From: Spirochaetia bacterium
GTDB lineage: Bacteria > Spirochaetota > Spirochaetia > WTKD01 > G963693115
Direction of reading: 5' to 3'
Length of the DNA: 64,000 nt
Assembly (NCBI GenBank): GCA_965226065.1
Contig: OZ245332.1
Location: 98,206-162,205 of the forward strand
In this document: piece after piece, positions 37,790-47,483 of the stretch
How positions within the stretch are numbered: the first letter of the stretch is position 1
Layout: the number at the start of each line of letters is the position of its first letter
The notes under the pieces: generated by a model
Seen by the model: the letters and a program-made list of their open reading frames with translations, nothing else
What the model was told of the DNA's origin: nothing
Databases searched by the model: none
Made by a program: the position numbers and the translations under genes

Positions 37790-39046
37790 ATGAACAATAA
37801 CGAGTGTAACAGTGCGCTTGTACTTGCAGATGGTCGCGTATTTTATGGTCTATCGTGTGGTTTTCCCATCCGCACAATAGACGAAATAGAGTCGATTACC
37901 ACAGAGCAATGCTTTAATAATTCTTGTTTTGCACAAGGAGTAGGTGAGCTTGTTTTTAATACGTCTATGACGGGATATGTAGAAGTTATAACTGATCCTT
38001 CGTTTTTTGGGCAAATAGTATGTATGACCTATCCTCATATAGGAAATTATGGGGTTGATGAACGGTGGAGTGAGTCAGGTGTTGGTGCCTTACGCAGTAA
38101 GGCTATGCTTTGTGGTTTTGTAATGCATCAGTTGTACGATGGTCACGTACCGAAAGGACGTATAACCTTAGGTGCATGGCTGAAACACGAAAAAATACCC
38201 GCAATAGAAAACATAGATACTCGTAGCCTTACCTTACATCTTCGGGAAACAGGAGCGCAAAATTCTGCTATGGTATCAATTGCTAGTTGCGTGTCACCTC
38301 AAATAGTTATTGAAAGAACTCTTGCGTATTTAAACACTTTGCCGTCTATGGAAGGACAAAATCTTTTGGATCATGTAGGGCAAAAAAAACCATATGTGTA
38401 TGTTTCTTCCAAAAATGCTTCTTCAAAAGAGGAGGCATACGATGATAATAACGCCGTAGCGGGTATACAAAAAACACATGCAAAATCAAAAGCTGTGAAA
38501 AAAATTGCTTTGTACGATTGTGGATGCAAACATACTATAGTGAAAATGTTCTCGCGCTTTCATTGTGAAGTAACGCTTTTGCCTCATACTACTCTTAGTA
38601 CTACAATAATTGAGGGTACATTTGACATGCTCTTGATTTCTAATGGACCGGGAGACCCTGCTGCTTTGAAACAGCAAATTACATGTATTCAAAGTTTAGT
38701 TGGCAATATTCCACTTCGTGGTATTTGTCTCGGTAATCAAATTCTTGCGCATGCCCTAGGCGCACAAACATATAAAATGCGCTTTGGACACCATGGCATT
38801 AACCATCCGGTAAAAGATTTATCTACGGGCAAGCTGTATATCACAAGCCAAAATCATGGGTTTGCGGTTGCTGCGCATACGCTGCCAGAAGGGGTAAAAG
38901 CGTGGTTTGTAAATACGAATGATGGCACGCTTGAGGGATTTATGCATTTTAAAAAAAACATATACAGCGTGCAATTTCACCCTGAAGCTGCACCCGGTCC
39001 ACACGACAGTGCGTGGATATTTGAAGCGTTTTTACGTACACTGTGA
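37790..39046 (+). CDS. carA: Carbamoyl-phosphate synthase small (glutamine amidotransferase) subunit
   Basis: GICLGNQILAHALG (catalytic Cys) and VQFHPEA (His/Glu). The N-terminal CPSase_sm domain is present. Confidence 0.9.
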   Translation: MNNNECNSALVLADGRVFYGLSCGFPIRTIDEIESITTEQCFNNSCFAQGVGELVFNTSMTGYVEVITDPSFFGQIVCMTYPHIGNYGVDERWSESGVGALRSKAMLCGFVMHQLYDGHVPKGRITLGAWLKHEKIPAIENIDTRSLTLHLRETGAQNSAMVSIASCVSPQIVIERTLAYLNTLPSMEGQNLLDHVGQKKPYVYVSSKNASSKEEAYDDNNAVAGIQKTHAKSKAVKKIALYDCGCKHTIVKMFSRFHCEVTLLPHTTLSTTIIEGTFDMLLISNGPGDPAALKQQITCIQSLVGNIPLRGICLGNQILAHALGAQTYKMRFGHHGINHPVKDLSTGKLYITSQNHGFAVAAHTLPEGVKAWFVNTNDGTLEGFMHFKKNIYSVQFHPEAAPGPHDSAWIFEAFLRTL

Positions 39047-39104
39047 GTAATTTGCATAAAATACAAAAATATATATGCACCAAAAATTGTAAGAGAATAT
39101 TGAC

Positions 39105-42100
39105 ATGCCCGCACGAAAAGACATACGAAAAATACTTATTATCGGATCTGGACCTATAATAATTGGACAGGCCTGCGAGTTTGATTACTCGGGAAACCAA
39201 GCGGTACAAGCCTTGAAAGAAGAAGGCTATGAAGTGATTCTTCATAACCCTAATCCTGCTACGGTTATGACAATTCCCGGAAATGCTCAGAGCATCTATT
39301 TTGATCCACTTGAAATTGAATACTTGTGCGACATATTGCATCGTGAAAAACCCGATGCAGTGCTTGCGACAATGGGTGGGCAGACGGCGTTGAATCTTGC
39401 AATGGAAGCAGATAAATGCGGAGTATTTGCTTCGTCTAAAGTAGAACTTATCGGAGCTACAATACAAAGCATACGTGTTGCTGAAGACAGAGGTTTATTC
39501 AAGCAAAAAATGCACGAAATAGGGTTAGATAGCCCTATTTCTTCGCTTGTTAAATCTGTTGATGAAGCATATGTCGTTCTCAAAAATACAGATTTTCCAG
39601 TAATTGTACGTCCGAGCTTTACTCTCGGTGGGCGCGGTGGAGGCATTGCCAGAAATGAGAAAGAATTTTTATCGCTTATAGAAAGTGCTTTTATTGCATC
39701 TCCTTCACACACTGCACTTGTCGAAGAATCGCTTATTGGCTATCAAGAATTTGAATTTGAAGTGATGCGTGATAAAAACGATAATGCGGTAGTGGTGTGT
39801 TCTATTGAAAACATAGATCCTATGGGCGTGCATACCGGTGATAGTATAACCATTGCACCGATACAAACGCTTTCTGATAGTGAGTATCAAACATTGCGCA
39901 GTGCGGCGATAGAAATACTCCGTGTTATTGGCGTTGATTGCGGTGGGTCAAATGTTCAGTTTGCGTATCATCCTCAGACAAAGCGACTTTTAGTTATAGA
40001 GATGAATCCACGCGTATCGCGTTCATCTGCACTAGCGAGTAAGGCGACAGGTTTTCCCATTGCACGTTGCTCTGCGAAGCTTGCAGTTGCTTGTACGCTT
40101 GATGAGGTTATGAATGACATAACAGGTAAGACAACGACGTTTTTTGAACCCGCACTTGATTACTGCGCAGTGAAGGTGCCGCGCTTTGAATTGCAAAAAT
40201 TTGAAGCGAAGCAATTAGGTACTCAAATGATATCAGTAGGAGAATCGCTTGCCTTAGGTCGCACATTTCCCGAAGCACTGAATAAGGCATTACGTGCTGT
40301 TGAAATAGGGGTAGAAGGACTTGATGCTCTTGAAAATTTTTCAGATGATGAAGTTCTTACTGTGGTTCAAACATTGCATCCGAAGCGTATTTTCGGAATT
40401 TATACCATGCTGTTACGTGCAATAGCGAGTACGCAGAAATTAAGTGATGGGACTGTTAGCTTTAGCTCCCGTGCAGCGGTATCATCTCAAATTCAATGTG
40501 TCCAAGAGCGTATTCAAGACATGACGCATTTTCACCCATGGGTTGTGCACTACATAACATGCATTGCGCAAGTTGAGCATGCACTTTCGTATTACGTGCA
40601 GCTTGATGATGTCCCACCATCATTGCTTTGTAAAGCAAAATCTATGGGATTTTCTGATACCAAGATAGTTCGGTGCATCATGCATAATTTTGCAGATGTG
40701 GGAAGACGATGTCAGTTGTGTGCAGAAACGCAGGCTTCCAATGATTATAACTTTGCGCATTTGCGAAGTGAGCTACGCGCGTTGAAACGCAAACATAACA
40801 TAGCAGCGGTATATCATTGTGTTGATACCTGTGCGGGAGAATTTGAAGCAAAAACACCGTATTTTTATAGTTCGTTTAGCACAGTAGATGAACACGATGC
40901 CTCGGATTCTTTGGAAATTGCAAGTCTTCATATGCGTGAAAAAGAACTGCAGAAAAAAATAGCGATTATAGGAAGTGGTCCTAATAGAATAGGGCAGGGG
41001 CTTGAATTTGATACATGCTGTACTATGGCGGCGATGTCGTTAAGAAAACGAGGCATTGAGGTCACCATGATAAATAGCAATCCTGAGACTGTTTCTACTG
41101 ACTTTAATATTTCGGACAGATTATATCTTGAGCCGCTTACTTCAGATGATGTATACGAAGTTTTGCAAAAGGCAGGCATACGCGATGTCATATGTCAATT
41201 AGGTGGACAAACTCCCATTACCATGGCTGAAGATCTTACGCGCCGAGGAATACGTATTGTAGGCACTGATTTAAACGCAATTGACACGGCTGAAGATAGA
41301 CAGTGCTTTTCTACAATGCTTGCAGAAATTGGCTTGTTGCAGGCACCCGGAAAAACCGTAACCAATACGCAAGATATTCTTTCGGTTGCGAAAATTCTTG
41401 GTTTTCCCGTGCTTATACGCCCTTCGTACGTCATTGGTGGACAGAGCATGGTGGTCGTATATACAGAAGAAGAATTGAATGCCTTTGTTGCAAAGTATCG
41501 CGATGAACTTGCACAAAATACCGTGCTTATTGATAAATTCTTAGAAGATGCGACTGAATATGATGTAGATATAGTATCAGATGGACAATCAATATACATA
41601 GGTGGAGTGTTGCAACATATAGAACATGCGGGTGTGCATTCAGGTGATTCTGCTTGTGTGTTTGAGAACAAAGTGCTTAAAACACCAACGGCGTATGCTA
41701 TCTACGAATCTGCATGCAAAATAGCTCGTACATTAAATATTCGTGGGCTTATGAATATTCAATACGCTGAATTAGATGGCAAGGTATACGTAATAGAAGT
41801 AAATCCACGCGCATCACGAACCGTACCGTTTATTTCTAAGATTTCTCATGTGGATATGATACAGCTTGCTGTCGATGTGTGGCTTGGAGCAAAGCTGAAA
41901 GATATGAGCGTATTTCAAAAGCATCGTCTTGAATTGCATGAAGCATCTGAAAATGAAATGTGCAATTTTGATCTTGCGGTTGCTTGTAGTGCCGAAGGTT
42001 GGGCAGTGAAAGAGGCGGTTTTTAGTTTTGATAGATTTAAAAACATAGACCCTGCGCTATCTCCGCAAATGCGTTCTACGGGTGAGGTGGTAGGCATTGG

Positions 42101-42563
42101 CGATACGTTTGGAGAAGCCTTTGCAAAGGCAAGTGCAGCTTCGTTTTGTAAGCTACCTTTGCGTGGGCTTGTTTTTATTTCGGTTGCAGATAAGCATAAG
42201 CCACACATAGTACTAAGCATGCAAAAACTTATTGCCATGAAATTTACGCTTATCGGTACTTATGGTACTGCAAACTATTTACAGAAGCATGGCATACCAT
42301 GTAGTGTGATTAATCGAGTTGCAAATGGTTCTCCTCATGTGTTAGAAAAACTCAATGAGATAGACTTGCTTATAAATATATTAGAGAGTGTCGATGAACG
42401 ATCGTTTAGAGATGATAAAGAAATACGTCTTGCAGCGGTGAGGGCGCACATTCCTTATGTAACTACGCTGCCCGCTGTTAAGGCTGTAATTGAAGGTATT
42501 GAACATTCTATTTTACATAAAGCAACGGCGCACGCGGTATTAGCGAAATACTCAGTTGAATAA
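39105..42563 (+). CDS. carB: Carbamoyl-phosphate synthase large subunit
   Basis: Duplicated ATP-grasp halves (ILIIGSGPIIIGQACEFDYSG; IAIIGSGPNRIGQGLEFD) and an MGS-like C-terminal domain. Confidence 0.95.
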   Translation: MPARKDIRKILIIGSGPIIIGQACEFDYSGNQAVQALKEEGYEVILHNPNPATVMTIPGNAQSIYFDPLEIEYLCDILHREKPDAVLATMGGQTALNLAMEADKCGVFASSKVELIGATIQSIRVAEDRGLFKQKMHEIGLDSPISSLVKSVDEAYVVLKNTDFPVIVRPSFTLGGRGGGIARNEKEFLSLIESAFIASPSHTALVEESLIGYQEFEFEVMRDKNDNAVVVCSIENIDPMGVHTGDSITIAPIQTLSDSEYQTLRSAAIEILRVIGVDCGGSNVQFAYHPQTKRLLVIEMNPRVSRSSALASKATGFPIARCSAKLAVACTLDEVMNDITGKTTTFFEPALDYCAVKVPRFELQKFEAKQLGTQMISVGESLALGRTFPEALNKALRAVEIGVEGLDALENFSDDEVLTVVQTLHPKRIFGIYTMLLRAIASTQKLSDGTVSFSSRAAVSSQIQCVQERIQDMTHFHPWVVHYITCIAQVEHALSYYVQLDDVPPSLLCKAKSMGFSDTKIVRCIMHNFADVGRRCQLCAETQASNDYNFAHLRSELRALKRKHNIAAVYHCVDTCAGEFEAKTPYFYSSFSTVDEHDASDSLEIASLHMREKELQKKIAIIGSGPNRIGQGLEFDTCCTMAAMSLRKRGIEVTMINSNPETVSTDFNISDRLYLEPLTSDDVYEVLQKAGIRDVICQLGGQTPITMAEDLTRRGIRIVGTDLNAIDTAEDRQCFSTMLAEIGLLQAPGKTVTNTQDILSVAKILGFPVLIRPSYVIGGQSMVVVYTEEELNAFVAKYRDELAQNTVLIDKFLEDATEYDVDIVSDGQSIYIGGVLQHIEHAGVHSGDSACVFENKVLKTPTAYAIYESACKIARTLNIRGLMNIQYAELDGKVYVIEVNPRASRTVPFISKISHVDMIQLAVDVWLGAKLKDMSVFQKHRLELHEASENEMCNFDLAVACSAEGWAVKEAVFSFDRFKNIDPALSPQMRSTGEVVGIGDTFGEAFAKASAASFCKLPLRGLVFISVADKHKPHIVLSMQKLIAMKFTLIGTYGTANYLQKHGIPCSVINRVANGSPHVLEKLNEIDLLINILESVDERSFRDDKEIRLAAVRAHIPYVTTLPAVKAVIEGIEHSILHKATAHAVLAKYSVE

Positions 42564-42611
42564 AATATCAGAATGTAGAGGTAACGTGAAATTAGCGTGT
42601 TGCTTTTATCA

Positions 42612-43034
42612 TTATGAGCCGAGAAGTGTGCAAAATATAGAACGATTTCTGTGAAGATTTCTGTGCTCGTTGAAGTATATTCCTTGCCAAGTCCCCAGTA
42701 CAAAATGTGTATTTGATACAGGCACGATTAACGATGCGCCATAGAGAGAAGATTTTATGTGTGCGGGCATATCATCAGATCCTTCGTAGGTATGCGTAAA
42801 TTGTGAGAATGTCTCGGGTACCATGGTAGAGGTAAATACTTCTAGATCTGTTCTTACATCAGGGTCTGAATTTTCGTTTAGTGAAAGTGAGGCACTGGTA
42901 TGTAACAAAAACAGGTGAGCAATTCCATTGTTTATTTTCTTTAATAGATCTGAAAGTTCTTGTTCAAGATACGTTGTTATGACGTGAAACCCTCGTTTAT
43001 ATGATGGGAGCGTTATTTTTTTTTGATATACCAT
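42612..43034 (-). CDS. YjbQ/UPF0047-family protein (secondary thiamine-phosphate synthase-like)
   Basis: 140 aa with the HTSASL..NEN.DPDVR and GTWQGIY pattern of the YjbQ family. Confidence 0.7.
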   Translation of the reverse strand: MVYQKKITLPSYKRGFHVITTYLEQELSDLLKKINNGIAHLFLLHTSASLSLNENSDPDVRTDLEVFTSTMVPETFSQFTHTYEGSDDMPAHIKSSLYGASLIVPVSNTHFVLGTWQGIYFNEHRNLHRNRSIFCTLLGS

Positions 43035-43042
43035 TGCTATGC

Positions 43043-44218
43043 TTATAAGCTGAAAGTAGCTTTTTTTCTGCTATGTAAGTCGTACCACACCGCTAAGAGA
43101 AGTACAAGTGCCTTTACGATGAGTTGATACTCTGCACCTAAATTCATAAGTGACATGCCATTGTTTATGGTGCCCATGACCAGTGCGCCTGTTACCGCGC
43201 CTATTATGGTTCCTATGCCTCCTGTAGCAGAAGCTCCACCTATAAACGCTGCTGCGATTGCTTCCAATTCAAACAGTTCTCCTGCTTGAGGTAGTGCAGA
43301 GTTCAGATATGCCGTAAAAACAACACCTGAGAGTCCGGTAAGTATTCCCATAATAACAAAGACGAAAAAAACAATTCGTTCTGAGTTTATTCCACTAAGT
43401 TTTGCAGCAGCGGCATTGCCACCTACTGCATATATGTGTCTACCGAGTACGGTTTTTTTTGTAATAAAAACAAATATTCCTATCACTATAGACATGAGTA
43501 TTACGACGTTAGGGATGCCATGATATCGTGAAAATACAAAGGCAAGTCCGTTTATTACGAGGATAATTAAAGTAATGCGTATAATGAAATACTGTATAGG
43601 AAGCACGGAAAATCCGTACTTTATTTTTTTTCTTCGGTTGTATGTTGCAAAAATGCACATTATTATTGCAATAATTATTGCAATAATAAATATAAGAATT
43701 GTGTTCGGACCTTTTTCATCTTCAAAAAGATAACCGGAAACTATTTGTTTGTAATTATCGTCTTTGGGTGTAATTGGTGATATGTTTGTTACGATATACG
43801 TCAGTCCTCTAAAAAGCAGCATGCCCGCAAGGGTTACGATGAAAGATGGCACTCGTAAGTATGCAACTAATACACCCTGATATGCTCCAAATACGCCGCC
43901 AATGAGCATAGTGATAATGATAGTAGGGATAATCCCAATACCGACATTATATAAAAGCGCGCTTATGGCGCCGGTATATGCACACAGTGAACCAACAGAT
44001 AAATCTATGTTGCCTGTTATAATAATAAGCACCATTCCTGTTGCAAGTAACAATATGTAACTGTTTTGAATAAATATATTTGTAATATTACGTGGCGTTG
44101 TATTGATACCTTGAGTAATAATTGCAAATGTTAAAAAAATAATTCCAAGTACAAAAAACATTGAATAGCTTCGTAAATTCTTACGAAGAATAGTTGAAAA
44201 AGAAATTTTATTCTGCAT
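43043..44218 (-). CDS. mglC: Sugar ABC transporter permease (MglC/RbsC family)
   Basis: About 10 TM helices; AKLSGINSERI signature region. Confidence 0.75.
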   Translation of the reverse strand: MQNKISFSTILRKNLRSYSMFFVLGIIFLTFAIITQGINTTPRNITNIFIQNSYILLLATGMVLIIITGNIDLSVGSLCAYTGAISALLYNVGIGIIPTIIITMLIGGVFGAYQGVLVAYLRVPSFIVTLAGMLLFRGLTYIVTNISPITPKDDNYKQIVSGYLFEDEKGPNTILIFIIAIIIAIIMCIFATYNRRKKIKYGFSVLPIQYFIIRITLIILVINGLAFVFSRYHGIPNVVILMSIVIGIFVFITKKTVLGRHIYAVGGNAAAAKLSGINSERIVFFVFVIMGILTGLSGVVFTAYLNSALPQAGELFELEAIAAAFIGGASATGGIGTIIGAVTGALVMGTINNGMSLMNLGAEYQLIVKALVLLLAVWYDLHSRKKATFSL

Positions 44219-44277
44219 TTTTCTGTATTGCTCCTTTAACGTTACATTGTATGCGATGAGCCTTACACTTCATCATT

Positions 44278-45804
44278 TCAGTTGTTATAATCTTGTAATG
44301 CAATATGCATAATTGTTTCTTGATCTGCATCTTTTGCATGAAGCATTCCTTTAATTCTTCCCTCATTCATAACATAAATTCTATCTGCCATGCCGAGTAT
44401 TTCCATTAATTCGGATGAAACAATAATGATAGTTTTGCCTTGTTCTGCAAGTTCATTGATAATGCTATATATTTCATATTTTGCACCAACATCAATACCT
44501 CGAGTTGGTTCATCTATGATAAATATTTCAGCATTAGTCAAAAGGCAGCGGCTGAGCACTACTTTTTGTTGGTTGCCTCCGCTTAAGGTTGAGACAGATG
44601 TGTCTATTGTCGGCGTTTTTATGTGAAGCATTTTCACATATTTTTTTGAAGCGTTCACTTCACGTTCACTATTTATAACAGAGTATTTTGAAAAAAGATG
44701 AAGACTTGAGTTTGAAATGTTAGTTTTTACATCTTGCTTTAAGATAAGCCCCAAAGATTTTCTATCTTCAGATACATAACATAATCCGTTTTTAATTGCT
44801 TCTTCGGGCGATGTGAAATTTACTTGTTTTTCATTGATGTACAGTTCTCCTTCGCAGCGTGAGCCATACATTTTGCCAAAAATACTCATCATAAGCTCGG
44901 TTCTTCCCGATCCCATGAGTCCGCAAATGCCTATGACTTCGCCTTTTTTTGCATAGAACGAAGCATTGTTTATTACTTTCATATGGCTGTTTGTTGGATG
45001 ATAGACAGACCAGTTTTTTATTTCTATGTGTTTTTCACCAATATGTGCATTTCGAGACGGACACATTTGCGTAAGAGTTCTGCCTACCATTTCACTGATG
45101 ATGGTTGAAATATCGATTTTTTCGTTATGCGTATTGTGCGTTGCTATGGTCTTACCATCGCGTAGCACCGTAATTGTATCAGCAATTTGCATTACTTCAT
45201 TGAGTTTGTGCGATATCATCATACAGGTAATACCTGTGCGTTTGAGTTCAGCAATAAGCTTAAGAAGCACGGCACTTTCTTTATCGTTTAAAGATGCGGT
45301 AGGCTCGTCTAAAATTAGTAGTGTAACATCTTTTGAAACTGCACGTGCTATTTCTACAAGTTGCTGTTTTCCCACACTTAGTTCGCTTACAGCAGTTGTC
45401 GGATGTTCGTCTAACTTTACACGTTCAAGTAATGCGTGTGTTTTTTGTATCATATACGGTTCGTTCAAAATTCCGTAATGTGTCTTTTCATGACCAAGAA
45501 AAATATTTTCAGCGATAGAGAGATAAGGACTTAATGCAAGTTCTTGGTGTATTATGGAGATGCCATCTATTTCGCTTTGTTTCACGCTCTGATAGTGTGT
45601 TTTTTTTTCTTTGTAAATTATGTCTCCCTCATAACTACCGTGTGGGTAAACGCCGCTTATAATTTTCATAAGCGTGGATTTGCCTGCGCCATTTTCTCCG
45701 CAAATACAGTGAATTTCATTTTCTACAATTGAAAAATTTACTTTGCTCAACGCGCATACGCCAGGAAATTTTTTTGTAATATCTCTAACTTCTAATATAT
45801 TCAT
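44278..45804 (-). CDS. mglA: Sugar ABC transporter ATP-binding protein (duplicated ATPase, MglA/RbsA type)
   Basis: Two Walker A motifs (GENGAGKST; GLMGSGRTE), LSVGKQQ and LSGGNQQKV signatures, ILDEPT Walker B. Confidence 0.9.
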   Translation of the reverse strand: MNILEVRDITKKFPGVCALSKVNFSIVENEIHCICGENGAGKSTLMKIISGVYPHGSYEGDIIYKEKKTHYQSVKQSEIDGISIIHQELALSPYLSIAENIFLGHEKTHYGILNEPYMIQKTHALLERVKLDEHPTTAVSELSVGKQQLVEIARAVSKDVTLLILDEPTASLNDKESAVLLKLIAELKRTGITCMMISHKLNEVMQIADTITVLRDGKTIATHNTHNEKIDISTIISEMVGRTLTQMCPSRNAHIGEKHIEIKNWSVYHPTNSHMKVINNASFYAKKGEVIGICGLMGSGRTELMMSIFGKMYGSRCEGELYINEKQVNFTSPEEAIKNGLCYVSEDRKSLGLILKQDVKTNISNSSLHLFSKYSVINSEREVNASKKYVKMLHIKTPTIDTSVSTLSGGNQQKVVLSRCLLTNAEIFIIDEPTRGIDVGAKYEIYSIINELAEQGKTIIIVSSELMEILGMADRIYVMNEGRIKGMLHAKDADQETIMHIALQDYNN

Positions 45805-45852
45805 GGTTTTTATTACAGCGTAATTATCATTATTATCAAAAAGGGGCGAGAT

Positions 45853-45895
45853 TATAAAAAAAGACTTTCCTAAAAATGCAGGAAAGTCTTTTTCT
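45853..45895 (-). terminator. Intercistronic rho-independent hairpin between mglB and mglA
   Basis: gactttcct (45863..45871), loop aaaaatgc, aggaaagtc (45880..45888). On the minus strand it is followed by TTTTTTTAT (complement of 45853..45862). Confidence 0.55.
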
Positions 45896-45908
45896 TATGA
45901 AAATTACA

Positions 45909-47000
45909 TTATTGTAATTGGCTTTCTTTGTAATATCCACTTTCTATCATTATTTCTTTGTAGTTATCTTTGGTAACTTTTACCGGTGCAAGCAAGTACG
46001 ATGTTACAACTTTTTTACCAGTGTTGTAGGTTTTCTTATCTGTTCGTACTCCTGCAATGGCAGGTGTTTTGTTTTTCAGCAAAGCATCTGCAATTTCAAT
46101 GGCGGCATTTGATAATTTTCTTGTATCTTTAAAAACCGTCATATGTTGTTTGCCTTCTGTAATCATTTTTATAGATGCAAGTTCTCCATCTTGTCCACTT
46201 ACAATTGGTAACTTGCTCGTTGTATTGTACTTTGCATCGGAAGAGAGTGCTTCTATGATAGCTCGCGCAAGCGTATCATTAGGTGCAAGTACTGCATTGA
46301 GCGTTACGTTTCGTGCATCGCCATTAAGTAAGTTTTCCATTCGTGCTTTTGCGATTTTCGCTTGCCAGTTTTCGGTGCTTATTCGGCTAAAGGCACTATC
46401 ACTTGAAGTAAGGGGAGCAGGTCCTACAATGCGTAATACTTTTTTTTGCACATATGGTCGTAACACATCCATAGCACCATTAAAGAAAAATTTTGCATTG
46501 TTATCTGTGGGTGCACCTGCAAACAATGTTATGGTTTTTTTATTTCCTGATTTAAGCTTCAATGCTTCTGCTATAGCATTACCTTGTATTTGACCTACTT
46601 TGTAATTATCAAAGGTAATGTAATAATCGTATTTATCTGAGTTAAGAATTAATCTATCGTATGCAATAATTATGACGCCCTCATTACTAGCTTTTTCTAC
46701 TGCTTCTGCGGCACCTTCGTTTACTTGTCCTATGATTATGACTTTTGCACCTTTTGTTACAAAATCTTCTATTTGTTTGTTTTGCTTACTTTGGTCTGCA
46801 TCAGCATATGCTACTGCAGAAGCATACCCTTTTGCTTTTGCACTTTGTTTTAACTCAGTGCCGTCACGCTGCCATCGTTCAACATGCGTCTCTGGCATCG
46901 CGATACCAATGTCTATAATGACACCCTCACCAGTAGCAAAAGTATCGATGAGTATGAATAACAACATAGTGCAAATTAGAAAAGTAGTATTGTACTTCAT
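45909..47000 (-). CDS. mglB: Galactose/glucose-type periplasmic sugar-binding protein (MglB-like)
   Basis: Signal peptide, type I periplasmic-binding fold. First gene of the mglBAC-like operon. Confidence 0.8.
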   Translation of the reverse strand: MKYNTTFLICTMLLFILIDTFATGEGVIIDIGIAMPETHVERWQRDGTELKQSAKAKGYASAVAYADADQSKQNKQIEDFVTKGAKVIIIGQVNEGAAEAVEKASNEGVIIIAYDRLILNSDKYDYYITFDNYKVGQIQGNAIAEALKLKSGNKKTITLFAGAPTDNNAKFFFNGAMDVLRPYVQKKVLRIVGPAPLTSSDSAFSRISTENWQAKIAKARMENLLNGDARNVTLNAVLAPNDTLARAIIEALSSDAKYNTTSKLPIVSGQDGELASIKMITEGKQHMTVFKDTRKLSNAAIEIADALLKNKTPAIAGVRTDKKTYNTGKKVVTSYLLAPVKVTKDNYKEIMIESGYYKESQLQ

Positions 47001-47153
47001 AATTATATTCCTCCTATTAAGTTTATTATCTCTGATAAATATGATTATATTATGTATAGGTGAATGATATCAATGTTACTTATTTTCTATAATTGCTATA
47101 CTTGCCAATAGCGTACATATTTGTATGTATGATTATTTCATTATAATTAGATT

Positions 47154-47483
47154 ATGAGTGATAAGCTGTCTAAAGAGTCTAAGAAAGAATATCAATCACT
47201 TGATAAAAAAACGAGTAATTCGGAAAAAAAATTTCATATATTTAAATTATTACTTCATAACGATATGACGACACCCATGCATTTTGTAGTGAAAGTAATT
47301 CGCACGGTATTTACACATTCACCAGCAGAAGCGCATGCACTGATGTTTGAAGCGCATACCTATGGAAAAGTAGTAGTGGGTATATTTCCAAAAGACATAG
47401 CTGATGCCTATATTCATAGTGTTCACACATTAGCAAAGCATCATGGCCATGCATTGCGTTGTTCAAAAGAAGAGGTGCAATGA
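47154..47483 (+). CDS. clpS: ATP-dependent Clp protease adaptor ClpS
   Basis: FKLLLHNDMTTPMHFVVKVIRTVF matches the ClpS core (YKVILLNDDYTPMEFV). Directly precedes clpA with a TGA-ATG junction. Confidence 0.8.
   Translation: MSDKLSKESKKEYQSLDKKTSNSEKKFHIFKLLLHNDMTTPMHFVVKVIRTVFTHSPAEAHALMFEAHTYGKVVVGIFPKDIADAYIHSVHTLAKHHGHALRCSKEEVQ

Noticed and set aside
38740-38760. carA active-site motif reads GICLGNQ instead of the common GICLGHQ
   Set aside because: The position after Gly varies (H/M) among class I amidotransferases. The catalytic Cys and the downstream His/Glu (VQFHPEA) are intact, so I do not take it as evidence of inactivation.
39105-42563. carB product (1152 aa) is longer than typical (~1070 aa)
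   Set aside because: The extra residues fall in the poorly conserved oligomerisation and linker regions. All catalytic modules are present, so this is likely lineage-specific length variation.
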